64,000 nt of DNA. It comes from Patescibacteria group bacterium. GTDB taxonomy: Bacteria > Patescibacteriota > Patescibacteriia > JAXHNJ01. A model generated the notes under the pieces. The model saw only the letters and a list, made by a program, of their open reading frames with translations, ran no database searches and was not told the DNA's origin. The translations under genes were made by a program, and so were the position numbers. The stretch spans positions 2,579 to 66,578 of the forward strand of contig JAXHNJ010000001.1 in the NCBI GenBank assembly GCA_034520665.1. The letters run 5' to 3'. This document shows positions 1 through 9,818 of this stretch, one piece after another; position 1 is the first letter of the stretch; each line of letters begins with the position of its first letter.

Positions 1-1577
1 AAGGCGATAAAGTTCTATTATCAAACGCTGAAAACAAATCAATTGTTAGGTTGTTTGAAGCTAACATTGACCACGGCAACCCTGAAGGTAAAGACCCTTG
101 GTCAGCTTACCCAACCTTTTACAAGAAGAGGGGTAAAAAATACGGTAAAATAGTTGATGAGTTAACAGGAATTAAGACAGATATAATTGATGTTGTTAAT
201 AAAGATTTAAAAACAATCTATAAAAATATAGAAAACGGTTTAACTCCAGATACAAAATGTTTTGTTATTAGTCAGGTTATTCGTGATACAGGTATTGAAT
301 TGCCAGTAAAAGATATTATTGAATTTGTGAGAAAGAAAAAACAAGAACTTAATCCTAAAGACCCAGATATTTTTGTAATGATTGATGGGGCACAGGCATT
401 AGGCAATGTTTCAGAAGTAAAGTTTGATGACATAGGTTGCGACGCATATTTTGGCACTCCTCATAAAACAATGGCCAGCACCCCATTAGGATTAGGATAT
501 TTTAATCCTGATAGCCCTAAAGTTAAAAAGAATTTGTTCAAATTAAATAAATTACACTGGCAGGATGAGCAGGTTATTTTGAAGTACATGTTTGATGATA
601 AACTAGAGATACATCCGAATACAGATATTGAAGATGAGATTGATTGTGTTGACGCTTTTGGCTTTAATAATGCTATCCAGACTTTAGAGGAGAAAGGCTA
701 CGAAAATGGAAATTTTGAAAAGGTAACACAAGAACGCCAAGAACTTAAAGATTATTTTAGAGATAAAATTCATCAAATTGCTGAACAGGAAGGTTTAACT
801 TTGTACGAAGTTGAAGGAGGAACATCATTTATTTATTCTTTTAGTGTTTCAGGAGTTGATAATAAAGAGTTTGCACAAAAGTTAGCTGATAAAGGCATTT
901 ACCTGTCTTATATAGACCGAACAAAAATTCAGAAAAAAGATTTGCAATGGCACGGAAACGGGGTAATCAGAGCTTCATTTAGTATTGATAACAAAAAAGA
1001 AGAAATTGATAATTATTTGCCTAAAATTCAAGAGGCATTACAAGAAGTTGTCCAGACTGAGTTTACGACTTTTGAAGAAAAGGCAGAGCAAGAAGTATTA
1101 TTCAAAAAACCAGAAAATGTTTATGCTATGTTTGAATGGTTGAAAGAGAAGACCAAATCGCCAATTGTCAAAATTGCCACAACCGCTGCAATGATATTGA
1201 CTATTTTAATTAGTTCAGAGTTATTAAAACAAAAAGAAGGTAAAGAAATAATAGCTGATAAAAGCTTCCTTAAATCAAAAACCGAACAATTTGAAAAATA
1301 TCAAAAAATATATCATCACTATAGAGGGCTATTTGAACGAGACGGTTTTCAGCATCAGGTTGTTCAGCAAATGGGAATGTCGGAGTTAGAGATGGATAAA
1401 TATAAATTACTTGTTAATTTAACTGACGAAGATGAATTAAATAAATTATTAAAGGACGACATTGATATTCAATTAGCTTCAAGTTTTGGATACAACGAAG
1501 TAGAAAAAGACCAAATGGAAAAAGTATATCAGCAGACAAAAAATAAAAAGTTAGAAAAGTTAATTCAGTTGATCTAG
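1..1577 (+). CDS. Window-truncated duplicate of the C-terminal 508 codons of the radical-SAM/aminotransferase fusion gene (full copy at 23011..26832)
   Basis: Protein identical to the C-terminal part of the 1273-aa ORF on the other arm. It contains the PLP-lysine motif GTPHKTMASTPLG. It is part of the left arm of the inverted duplication. Confidence 0.6.
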   Translation, partial: GDKVLLSNAENKSIVRLFEANIDHGNPEGKDPWSAYPTFYKKRGKKYGKIVDELTGIKTDIIDVVNKDLKTIYKNIENGLTPDTKCFVISQVIRDTGIELPVKDIIEFVRKKKQELNPKDPDIFVMIDGAQALGNVSEVKFDDIGCDAYFGTPHKTMASTPLGLGYFNPDSPKVKKNLFKLNKLHWQDEQVILKYMFDDKLEIHPNTDIEDEIDCVDAFGFNNAIQTLEEKGYENGNFEKVTQERQELKDYFRDKIHQIAEQEGLTLYEVEGGTSFIYSFSVSGVDNKEFAQKLADKGIYLSYIDRTKIQKKDLQWHGNGVIRASFSIDNKKEEIDNYLPKIQEALQEVVQTEFTTFEEKAEQEVLFKKPENVYAMFEWLKEKTKSPIVKIATTAAMILTILISSELLKQKEGKEIIADKSFLKSKTEQFEKYQKIYHHYRGLFERDGFQHQVVQQMGMSELEMDKYKLLVNLTDEDELNKLLKDDIDIQLASSFGYNEVEKDQMEKVYQQTKNKKLEKLIQLI

Positions 1578-2032
1578 GAAAAAATAAAGTCGTTTCCGCA
1601 TCCCGCTCAAGCAGGATTACAAATCAAGAAATGGTCAAGAAAGAAGAAAGAAAATTTAATCAAAGGTAAAAAAACTTAATACCTTTTTAAAACACAATTA
1701 TTTATCGAGGGTAACCCCGAGTGGCTTAAATAATACAAACAAACAGCGGTTTTAACGGATTCGTCGTTGTTTTTTTATTTTATTAAGGTAATTTTTTTTA
1801 TCTTTATAGTTTAATCTACTTTTTAAATTCGCTAGCCGTTCACGCTTTTCGTCTAGACTACCCTCTTTTAAGAGATATTTTGCGTATTTTGCGAATATTC
1901 ACTTCAACTTCTCCGAGCCATTTCTTTGTTTTTAAACCCCAATCTACGTACCTCAAAACACTAACTTGAAAAATCCCCTAAAAAAACCTATAATTAGAGT
2001 ATAATTTAAATAATAAACGGAGGAAAAAATAT

Positions 2033-2533
2033 ATGGCTGAAGAAAAAAAAGAAATCCCTGATCGGGGTAAAACCTTACTTTCATGGGATTTTTCAGAATA
2101 TGACATACCTAATCGGGGAAAATTATGGTATGTTTCTACTTTATTAATATCGGCGGCTATTTTAGTGTGGTCAATCTTTACCGGTAATTATCTCTTTACC
2201 CTGGTTATTATTCTGGTGGGTATTATTTTTGTTTTCCAAAACCGTAAAAAACCAAAAATTCTTGAGTGCCGCATTAAAGAAGATGGTATAGAAACTGGCA
2301 CTAGCTTCTATGACTACAATGATATTAAAAAATTCTGGATTGTTTACCGCCCTCCTGAAACAAAAGTGCTTTATATCGATTTTAAAAGCTCACTTAAACC
2401 AACCCTGCCTATTTCTCTGGAAAAACAAAACCCACTTGAAGTCAGAAAAGTGTTAAAAAAATATATTGAAGAAGATTTAGAAAAGGAAGAAGAGCCAGCT
2501 TCAGATCAAATTAGCCGTTCACTTAAGATTTAG
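2033..2533 (+). CDS. Hypothetical membrane protein (two predicted TM helices)
   Basis: ORF with an RBS-like ggagg upstream and hydrophobic segments. An identical copy lies at 22055..22555(-). Confidence 0.5.
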   Translation: MAEEKKEIPDRGKTLLSWDFSEYDIPNRGKLWYVSTLLISAAILVWSIFTGNYLFTLVIILVGIIFVFQNRKKPKILECRIKEDGIETGTSFYDYNDIKKFWIVYRPPETKVLYIDFKSSLKPTLPISLEKQNPLEVRKVLKKYIEEDLEKEEEPASDQISRSLKI

Positions 2534-2559
2534 ATTAATTATAAGATATCTTTACTTTT

Positions 2560-2631
2560 GCCCTCGTCGTTCAACGGATAGGACGTAGGATTGCGGATCC
2601 TAAAATAGAGGTTCAATTCCTCTCGAGGGCA
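2560..2631 (+). tRNA. tRNA-Arg (anticodon GCG)
   Basis: Hand-folded cloverleaf. Acceptor GCCCTCG/CGAGGGC, D-stem GTTC/GGAC, anticodon stem TAGGA/TCCTA with loop TTGCGGA, T-arm AGAGG-TTCAATT-CCTCT, discriminator A. No encoded CCA. Confidence 0.7.
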
Positions 2632-2682
2632 TGGGTAAGGATAATTTTTTATTTTTAAAATTAATTATGCTATCATATAAAC

Positions 2683-3504
2683 ATGGATAATTTTTATAAA
2701 GAGCCAAAAATATTTTCTGAAAATCAACAAGGTTTTAAAACTGGTTTTATTGCCGCCATTGTTATAATTATTTCTTTATTAATAATTTTCGCTGGTTTAA
2801 CTAAAGCTGCTATTATAGATAATTTTCTTAATATACCTTTATTAGAACCAAATTCATCTAGTATCGATACCAGAAAATCTGACTCTTTAAATACTAATAC
2901 AAGGGGTTATCCAGTTATAACTTCTTATAGTATTGAAGATATTGGCTCTCCTGTAGAAAAACCAGTAATTTATCTTTACCCAGAAAAAGAAACTCAAATA
3001 GAAATAAATATAGATTTCCCCGGAAAAATATTCGCATCAAATCCCGAATATCAAAATGGCTGGCATGTGATAGCAAAACCTAGTGGGGAAATATTAAATC
3101 TAATAAATAATAAAAAATACAACTATCTTTTCTGGGAAGGACAATACCAGAACAAGATCGCCTACGATCTTTCACAAGGCTTTATTGTAAAAGGAAAAAA
3201 TACAAAATTATTCTTCCAAAAAAGTTTAAAAGATATGGGCCTTATTGACCAAGAAATAAAAGAATTTATCGAATATTGGCTACCACGTATGCAAAACAAT
3301 AAATTTAACCTTATTCATTTTGCTACGGCAGAAGAATATCATAATCGAGTTAAATTAAATATTTTACCAAAACCGGATTCAGTACAAAGAATTATTATGG
3401 TTTACAAAGCCTTAGAAGACCCAATAAAAATTACACCTCAATTAATAAAAAACTTCGAAAGAATAGGATTTACTGTAATCGAATGGGGTGGCATCGAATT
3501 ATAA
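2683..3504 (+). CDS. Hypothetical N-terminally membrane-anchored protein
   Basis: ORF with an N-terminal TM helix. No recognisable catalytic motif. Mirrored at 21084..21905(-). Confidence 0.45.
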   Translation: MDNFYKEPKIFSENQQGFKTGFIAAIVIIISLLIIFAGLTKAAIIDNFLNIPLLEPNSSSIDTRKSDSLNTNTRGYPVITSYSIEDIGSPVEKPVIYLYPEKETQIEINIDFPGKIFASNPEYQNGWHVIAKPSGEILNLINNKKYNYLFWEGQYQNKIAYDLSQGFIVKGKNTKLFFQKSLKDMGLIDQEIKEFIEYWLPRMQNNKFNLIHFATAEEYHNRVKLNILPKPDSVQRIIMVYKALEDPIKITPQLIKNFERIGFTVIEWGGIEL

Positions 3505-3524
3505 AGTAACTCTTAAAAATACTG

Positions 3525-5630
3525 TTGATAATTTTAGTATTTTTATTGAATAGATCTATGATCAAAGCTAATTCTGATTTTACAGAAATTCCTACTGTCG
3601 GACCAACCACAGCCCGACGGCTAAAAAGTCTTGGCTTAAATAAAGTACAAGACCTTCTTTTTTATTTTCCTAATAGATACCAGGATTTTTCCGAAATAAC
3701 CCCTATCAAAGACATTAAGCCGGAAGAAGTTTATACTATCAGAGGTACCTTACAACTTATAAAAAGCCGGCGCAGCTGGAAAAAGCGTCGTCTGACTATT
3801 ACTGAAGCTATGGTTAAAGATAAGACTGCTTCTATTAAAATAATTTGGTTTAATCAGCCTTATCTAAAGAAAATACTTAATCCCGGAGATGAAATTATTC
3901 TTTCGGGTAAGGTTAAAATGCAGGAATTAACTTTGGAATTCTTAGCTCCTTCTTTTGAAAAAGTAAAAAAAGAACAAACCCACACCGGCCGTATAGTACC
4001 GGTTTATCCCTTAACTAGCGGACTTTCTCAAAGACAAATAAGATTTTTTATAAAAACTGCACTAACTTTGCGTAAAAAAATTAAAGAAACCCTGCCTGAA
4101 AGAATTACCAAAAAATACCAGCTAATGCCTTTGCCAGAAGCTATAAAACAAATTCATTTTCCTGATTCTTTTGAAAAGTTAGAAAAGGCTTCAAAGAGAC
4201 TTAAATTTGGCGAGCTTTTTTATATTCAGATACAATCACTGCAAAATAAAAGATTTATTAAACAAACTCGTGCTCCGGTTATAAATTATAAAGATAAATA
4301 TATTGATGATTTTAAAAATAACCTGCCTTTTAAACTAACCAAGGCTCAGGAAAAAGCAAGTCAGGAAATTATTAAAGATCTTAAAAAAGGTAACCCCATG
4401 AACAGGCTTTTAGAAGGAGACGTAGGCTCTGGAAAAACAGTAGTGGCCCTAATGGCTGCTTTTCTAGCCATTAAAAATGGCTTTCAAGTGGCTTTTATGG
4501 CTCCGACAGAAATACTGGCCCGGCAGCATTATTTAAAAATAAAAAATATATTAAAAACTTTTAACTTCTCTCTGGGGCTTTTAACCAGTAAACTGATAAA
4601 AATTAACGATGAGGAATTATCAAAAAAGAAAGCCAGTACTATAATAAAAAAAGGTGGCGTGAATATAGTTATTGGCACTCATTCTATAATCCAGGAAAAA
4701 ATTAGTTTTCACAATTTAGCTTTTGTGGTGGTTGATGAACAGCACCGTTTCGGAGTTGAGCAAAGAAAAGCCCTAAGAGACAAATCCTCAAAAAAACATG
4801 ATTTAGCGCCACATTTACTCTCAATGACCGCCACCCCCATTCCTCGCTCGCTGGCTCTAACTGTCTACGCTGACCTTGACCTTTCTATAATTGACCAAAT
4901 GCCTCAGGGCCGTAAAAAAATAAAAACTGAAGTGATTGAACCGGAAAAAAGAAAAAAAACTTACAAGTTTATTAAAGAAGAAATTAAAAATGGAAACCAG
5001 GTTTTTGTAGTCTGTCCTTTAATCGAACCTTCGGATAAACTAGGTGTAAAATCTGTTAAAGAGGAATATGAGAAAATAGCTAAAGATATTTTTCCAGATT
5101 TTAAAGTGGCCAGGCTCCACGGTAAAATGAAAACCCAAGAAAAAGAAAAAATTATGGATCAAATGAAAAATAAAGCCATAGATATCCTAGTTTCCACCTC
5201 AGTTATTGAAGTCGGCATAGATATTCCTGACGCCACGGTCATGATGATTGAAGGAGCTGAAAGATTTGGTTTGGCTCAACTGCATCAGTTTCGGGGGCGA
5301 GTGGGGCGCAGTGAAAAACAATCTTTTTGCTTTGTTTTTACAGAAAGTGAATCACCCAAAAATCTAAAAAGACTGGAGGCTTTAGAAAAATCTCAAGATG
5401 GTTTTAAATTAGCTGAATATGACTTAAAAATGCGCGGTCCCGGTGTGTTAACCGGTGCCCAACAATCTGGTTTGCCCGATTTCAAAATGGCCACTTTGGC
5501 AGACGTAGATATTATTAAAATGGCACGTGAAGCAGCCCAAGATTTAACTAAAAAAGATCCGGCCTTGAAAAAATATTATAAAATTAAGCAAAAGGCCGAG
5601 AATTTATATAAAGACACACATTGGGAATAA
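3525..5630 (+). CDS. recG: ATP-dependent DNA helicase RecG
   Basis: Walker A GDVGSGKT, DEQHRFG (DEAH-like box) and a helicase C-terminal domain with the QxxGRVGR motif. Size ~700 aa with an N-terminal wedge region. Confidence 0.9.
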   Translation: MIILVFLLNRSMIKANSDFTEIPTVGPTTARRLKSLGLNKVQDLLFYFPNRYQDFSEITPIKDIKPEEVYTIRGTLQLIKSRRSWKKRRLTITEAMVKDKTASIKIIWFNQPYLKKILNPGDEIILSGKVKMQELTLEFLAPSFEKVKKEQTHTGRIVPVYPLTSGLSQRQIRFFIKTALTLRKKIKETLPERITKKYQLMPLPEAIKQIHFPDSFEKLEKASKRLKFGELFYIQIQSLQNKRFIKQTRAPVINYKDKYIDDFKNNLPFKLTKAQEKASQEIIKDLKKGNPMNRLLEGDVGSGKTVVALMAAFLAIKNGFQVAFMAPTEILARQHYLKIKNILKTFNFSLGLLTSKLIKINDEELSKKKASTIIKKGGVNIVIGTHSIIQEKISFHNLAFVVVDEQHRFGVEQRKALRDKSSKKHDLAPHLLSMTATPIPRSLALTVYADLDLSIIDQMPQGRKKIKTEVIEPEKRKKTYKFIKEEIKNGNQVFVVCPLIEPSDKLGVKSVKEEYEKIAKDIFPDFKVARLHGKMKTQEKEKIMDQMKNKAIDILVSTSVIEVGIDIPDATVMMIEGAERFGLAQLHQFRGRVGRSEKQSFCFVFTESESPKNLKRLEALEKSQDGFKLAEYDLKMRGPGVLTGAQQSGLPDFKMATLADVDIIKMAREAAQDLTKKDPALKKYYKIKQKAENLYKDTHWE

Positions 5631-5639
5631 GCCAAGCTC

Positions 5640-5668
5640 TTGACAAATATTAAAATTTTAGATAGTAT
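5640..5668 (+). promoter_or_regulatory. Sigma70-like promoter (TTGACA-N17-TAGTAT) immediately downstream of recG
   Basis: Perfect -35 hexamer and 17-nt spacer read directly from the sequence. It precedes the structured leader of the 91-aa ORF. Confidence 0.4.
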
Positions 5669-5680
5669 TTATTATTATAG

Positions 5681-5810
5681 GCACTTTAAGTACACACGAG
5701 GGAGCGCTTCCGCTCATAAATAACTAAAGTCTTAAACAGGTAAAGATTGATCCTCTCGCCTGTTTAAAAGACTATTTATAAAAAAAGTGCTCCCTCTTTA
5801 ATTTTTTCAA
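5681..5810 (+). promoter_or_regulatory. Structured 5' leader (nested hairpins, terminator-like long-range stem + T-run); candidate riboswitch/attenuator
   Basis: GAGCG-CTTC-CGCTC hairpin. A 13-bp interrupted stem agtcttaaacagg/cctgtttaaaagact. A long-range stem gagggagc...gctccctc followed by tttaatttttt. A 7-codon uORF with AGGAGG lies downstream. Confidence 0.35.
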
Positions 5811-5923
5811 TTAATTAATTATTTCTTGGTCTAGTTGACTTAAAAACAAAAAAAGGAGGTGAATTAATTGAAATATAAAACCATAAATTAGCTAAGTTTG
5901 TCTGTTTAAAGAGAGGATCAAAG

Positions 5924-6199
5924 ATGTGTGTCTACACAAATAATCTCTGTTCTTTACTGGGAGTTAACAACGCCAGTCAGATTATACATCGCAACGGAGA
6001 AAAAACATTATTAGAAGAAATCCGGAAATTTTCAAAAAAGGAAGGATTCAAAAAACATCTTGAAAGAAACAGCAGTGGCTTAATCAACTGGGCCCGGCAA
6101 TGGGCTGAGCATGAAAATCACTCCAAGTTAAGAAATGAGGTTATTAAAATAATTGGGGATGTTAATCCCGAAATTAAAAAACATCTACAGACAAACTAG
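5924..6199 (+). CDS. Hypothetical 91-aa protein
   Basis: Good RBS (gagagga 7 nt upstream of the ATG) and a strong intrinsic terminator immediately downstream. Identical copy at 18389..18664(-). Confidence 0.5.
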   Translation: MCVYTNNLCSLLGVNNASQIIHRNGEKTLLEEIRKFSKKEGFKKHLERNSSGLINWARQWAEHENHSKLRNEVIKIIGDVNPEIKKHLQTN

Positions 6200-6208
6200 T
6201 ACTTTCAC

Positions 6209-6242
6209 CAGGGTGGTTCAGCCGAACCACCCTTCTTTTTTT
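6209..6242 (+). terminator. Rho-independent terminator
   Basis: GGGTGGTTC-agcc-GAACCACCC stem-loop followed by TTCTTTTTTT. Confidence 0.8.
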
Positions 6243-6305
6243 ATAGATTAAAAAAAATCTTATTTAAAAAAAAGATCTTTTTATATTATTTGGCTTAATT
6301 AATTT

Positions 6306-6926
6306 TTAAAGCAATGAATCAATAATATCTTTGAGTTCCTCCTCTTCAATTAACTCAGTTATTTCATAATTATTTACAAAGAAATGAGGCGTGCCCTGAA
6401 CACCTAAACTTGTTCCTTCCTCTATATCTTTCTGAATTAAAGCTAGGGTTTCATTATTATTAACACATTGAATAAATTCATCAGTGTCCAAATCTAAGCC
6501 AGAAGCTAAGGGTACATATAAGTCATCAGTTAGTTTTTTTTGGTTTTGAAAAAGTAGATCGTGCATCTGCCAAAATTTATCCTGCTTCTGAGCGCAACGG
6601 GCCGCCTTAGCCGCGTTTAAAGATTGATCATGAATTTGATGAAGCGGAAAATCCTTCCAGACAATAGCTATCTCTCCTTCATATTCATCATTTAAATTAC
6701 GAAAAATATCGGCCAACTCTCTGCAATAAGGACACTGAAAATCCCCATATTGAATTATTACCACTTCATTACTTTTTTTCCCTATAATGGGGTTTTCTGA
6801 TTTAATTTTCGGAAAACTTGAACCAGTTTTATCATTAAAAAAAGACAAAACCGAATAAGCAAATAGAATAACTATTAATACAGCTAATACTATTAAAGCA
6901 TTTAGGCCTAGCTTTTTTTTATCCAT
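6306..6926 (-). CDS. DsbA-like thiol:disulfide oxidoreductase (membrane-anchored thioredoxin fold, CPYC active site); intact copy
   Basis: N-terminal TM helix. CxxC motif FQCPYCRE with a thioredoxin-fold context. 206 aa. The copy on the other arm is frameshifted. Confidence 0.8.
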   Translation of the reverse strand: MDKKKLGLNALIVLAVLIVILFAYSVLSFFNDKTGSSFPKIKSENPIIGKKSNEVVIIQYGDFQCPYCRELADIFRNLNDEYEGEIAIVWKDFPLHQIHDQSLNAAKAARCAQKQDKFWQMHDLLFQNQKKLTDDLYVPLASGLDLDTDEFIQCVNNNETLALIQKDIEEGTSLGVQGTPHFFVNNYEITELIEEEELKDIIDSLL

Positions 6927-6929
6927 TTA

Positions 6930-8186
6930 TTATTTCAGTCTTATTTTATAAACTCGTCCTGTATTTTTATCGGTAAAATAAATATATTCTTCATTATTGG
7001 AAAGATAAACATTCTGGGCCGTATAGTTACCAAATCCGGAAGAATTTACCGGTCTAGCTAATAATTCTTTTGAACCTGTTTCCAGATTAATTTTATAAAA
7101 ATCATCAGGTACATTATTAGCTAATTCCGGATAAATGTCACTGCCACTGGGCAGAAATTCAGGTACGGCGCAGTAAATATAATTATTATCGCCAAAAACA
7201 CATTTATCAGGCCAGGTCTGTATGTTTAAATCAACTTGACTGGCTCCTATATTTTCCATAGTGCCGTCCATTATATGAAGACTGGGGTTATAATTTGATT
7301 CTTTGTCAAAAACACTGTATAAAATAGTATTGCCTGTCGGTGACCATTTTGATTTAAAACCCCTTCCGGATACATCAACAGAGGGGAAATTTTCATTATT
7401 AGCCCCTAAAAAAATTATTTCCTGCTCTTCAGTACTGGTTGATTTGTTATAAGTAGCAATAACCTGATTATTAGGAGCCCAATTTACAGTTACTTGATTA
7501 GCATATTGCCCCAAGTCTTCCACCAATCTGGCTGAAGTGCCTTCAGGGTCAGAAACAGCTAAATAATTATCTCCTTCCTGCTCGCCCTGATACTTATAAG
7601 CTAATTTACCTGATGACGGAGAAAAAGAAAATTCATATGTTTCTTTAGGTAAACTGTACTGCTTTTTTAGGTTAAAATCGTAAGTTATTTTGGATCGGTC
7701 AGGAAAAGTAATAACAGCTTTATCACGTGAAGGAGACCAGTAAATATCTTCGGCTCCGGGATATTTATCGTCAGTTAATTTTGTTTTAGTGGTGCCATCC
7801 GGCGAAGTTTTAATAAATTCTCCAGTTAATTCATCATAATAAATCAAATCCTTTTTATTGGTATCTATTACAGCTGACTTGGTTAAGTCTTCGGTAATCT
7901 TACTAACCTCGGTAATCCCGCCGGAAGCTACCTGGGAGGGCGGTTCGGGCTGAGCTGTACCATTAATATTAGGCAAAGCTTCGTTAACATTTAAATTATC
8001 ATTAATATTGCCTGTGGGGCGATTAACCGCGTTAATATTAGGTAAAATGCCGTTGACATTATAATTATCATTATCATTAGTATCTATTATTGGCGAAAAT
8101 AAGATACGGTAAATTAAATAGCCAAAAAAAACGGCTACGGCTATAAAGCCGATAATGAGTAAAATTCTTTTTAATTTTGGGTTCAT
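6930..8186 (-). CDS. Membrane-anchored PD40/TolB-like beta-propeller repeat protein
   Basis: N-terminal TM, an N-rich linker, then repeated Y/W-rich blade-like segments (YWSPSRDKAVITF, SFSPSSGKLAY, VNWAPNNQVIATY, KWSPTGNTILYSV). Confidence 0.5.
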   Translation of the reverse strand: MNPKLKRILLIIGFIAVAVFFGYLIYRILFSPIIDTNDNDNYNVNGILPNINAVNRPTGNINDNLNVNEALPNINGTAQPEPPSQVASGGITEVSKITEDLTKSAVIDTNKKDLIYYDELTGEFIKTSPDGTTKTKLTDDKYPGAEDIYWSPSRDKAVITFPDRSKITYDFNLKKQYSLPKETYEFSFSPSSGKLAYKYQGEQEGDNYLAVSDPEGTSARLVEDLGQYANQVTVNWAPNNQVIATYNKSTSTEEQEIIFLGANNENFPSVDVSGRGFKSKWSPTGNTILYSVFDKESNYNPSLHIMDGTMENIGASQVDLNIQTWPDKCVFGDNNYIYCAVPEFLPSGSDIYPELANNVPDDFYKINLETGSKELLARPVNSSGFGNYTAQNVYLSNNEEYIYFTDKNTGRVYKIRLK

Positions 8187-8341
8187 ATAATCTATTTATA
8201 AATTAATTAAATTATTTATTAATAGTTAAAATACAGATAAGTTTGGAGCTAAAATTTTATAATTAATAGTAGAGTTTATTAGCTGTATTTAGATATAAAA
8301 AAATATTTCTCTAATAATTTGACGATATAATCAAGTAAATT

Positions 8342-9616
8342 TTAATGAAGATAAGTTTGAGCACAACAAATATGATCAGCTGGACAAAAACATTCATTAT
8401 TATCAATACAAGCAAGATCCTCGCCGCCACCTTGGTATTTCATATCATTAAATTCCGGGCTATTATAGGTGTCACAGTCTACCTCAATTTCATTTTTACT
8501 ATCACATTTCCCAGGATCCCGACAATCAATTTCTGTTTTTAAGGCTTTCATACAACAAATAGTGTCAGCTTCTACGTTAGCCCGGGAATCACTGCTACAA
8601 AAAATTTTGCTAGGAGCTATGAGATATCTTGGTTCATTATTATCAGAGTCCCAACATTGGGTACCGCCACGTTCACAATCTATTCTTATATCAGTAACTT
8701 CTTCACAGACTTTTTCAGTCAACTCATCTTGTAAAAGATTAACTTCAAATATTCCATTACTACTAGTACCACGTATTTTTGCAAAACGGCAGTCCATATT
8801 CCCAAAACCCTTATTAATTCTACGGCAGCTTGATTTTATTTCTGGATTTTTAGCAATAACAGCATCCACTTCTTGGCATTTTTCATCATCAGCTTCATCG
8901 CATAAATCCTTGGGGTCAAAACAATTTAAAGGACAATCCTTTTTAGAAGTAACGTCATTGGCGCAAATTTTTGGTTCTCCGGATTTAGTTTCTACAGTCG
9001 GATCACATTCACTACCACAACAATATGATTCACCATAAGCTGCTTTATCCTGGGCACTTTTAGGAATATCATATCTTGTACCACAAGCAAAATATGGGTA
9101 ACTATCTATTGATTCTTTATCCGGGAAATCTTTGCAATAAAAAGTATCTAAAACATTTTTTGATATATTAGACAAGGGCAAAAGTTTAAAGCGGACCAAG
9201 GCTGGGTTAATAGTATTAAGTAAAACAAAAGCCCCTAAGGTTAAAACCAGACCCATTAAAGCGCCGTTTAAAGTGGCTTTGGCTTTTTCTATTTTGGTGG
9301 CATTGCCGCTGGCAGTAATCCACTGGAAACCAGCAAAGACAATCATGACAGCGGCAAAGATACCGGCCGCTCGAGCAAACCATTGGTAAAACTGTATAAT
9401 ATAATCGCCAAAGTTATTGACACAATAATCACAGGTAGAGGTATTACAATCGGGATCACATTTTTTGGTTAAGCCGGGAATTTGTAAATTTACTTTAATC
9501 TGTTTTTCACCCACTTCTGTATCACTTCCTTCTTCCTGAGCTAAAACTTGCCCTGAATAAAATAACAAAACGGAAAAAATTGATAGGATTAAGATTATTT
9601 TAGCTATTTTTTTCAT
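8342..9616 (-). CDS. Cys-rich secreted/membrane protein, paralog B. It has a signal peptide, a conserved two-TM-helix module (possibly TrbC/VirB2-like pilin; uncertain) and a divergent Cys-rich C-terminal domain with about 30 Cys.
   Basis: Signal peptide ending AQEEG. A module FYQWFARAAGIFAAVMIVFAGFQWITASGNATKIEKAKATLNGALMGLVLTLGAFVLL that is near-identical at nucleotide level to paralog A. The C-terminal ~220 aa is dominated by Cys. Confidence 0.6.
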   Translation of the reverse strand: MKKIAKIILILSIFSVLLFYSGQVLAQEEGSDTEVGEKQIKVNLQIPGLTKKCDPDCNTSTCDYCVNNFGDYIIQFYQWFARAAGIFAAVMIVFAGFQWITASGNATKIEKAKATLNGALMGLVLTLGAFVLLNTINPALVRFKLLPLSNISKNVLDTFYCKDFPDKESIDSYPYFACGTRYDIPKSAQDKAAYGESYCCGSECDPTVETKSGEPKICANDVTSKKDCPLNCFDPKDLCDEADDEKCQEVDAVIAKNPEIKSSCRRINKGFGNMDCRFAKIRGTSSNGIFEVNLLQDELTEKVCEEVTDIRIDCERGGTQCWDSDNNEPRYLIAPSKIFCSSDSRANVEADTICCMKALKTEIDCRDPGKCDSKNEIEVDCDTYNSPEFNDMKYQGGGEDLACIDNNECFCPADHICCAQTYLH

Positions 9617-9796
9617 CTTATTATTTAATTAGGAAAAATATTATTTTCATTTTTAACATATAAGTTAACATCCATACAGCAATGTCCATTAGGCACAATA
9701 CTGCAATCAGTAGCACTGGCAGATGCACTTGATCCACAAGGATTTTCTCCACATAAAGCCGATAATGAGTAAAATTCTTTTTAATTTTGGGTTCAT
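9617..9796 (-). pseudogene. Gene remnants: 42-nt copy of the first 14 codons of the 418-aa propeller gene (MNPKLKRILLIIGF) fused to a decayed Cys-rich C-terminal tail (..ENPCGSSASASATDCSIVPNGHCCMDVN..)
   Basis: 9755..9796 is identical to 8145..8186. Downstream, an alternative frame reads a Cys-rich tail resembling paralog C-termini. Confidence 0.5.
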
Positions 9797-9818
9797 ATTA
9801 ATAATATTTACTTATATT

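Noticed and set aside
272-457. 61-aa minus-strand ORF inside the duplicated aminotransferase fragment
   Set aside because: It is antisense to the conserved coding region and identical to the shadow ORF at 24131..24316.
6930-8186. Asn-rich low-complexity tracts (here, in the 195-aa protein and in the PilN-like C-terminus) as a special signal
   Set aside because: N/K/I-rich low complexity is a general compositional consequence of the AT-rich genome. It is not treated as a feature.
8345-9038. 65-aa and 189-aa + strand ORFs overlapping Cys-rich paralog B (and mirrors 15552..16245)
   Set aside because: They are antisense to a gene with a clear signal peptide and a conserved module. Their Ser/Leu-rich translations are typical of reverse frames of Cys/Asp-rich genes.
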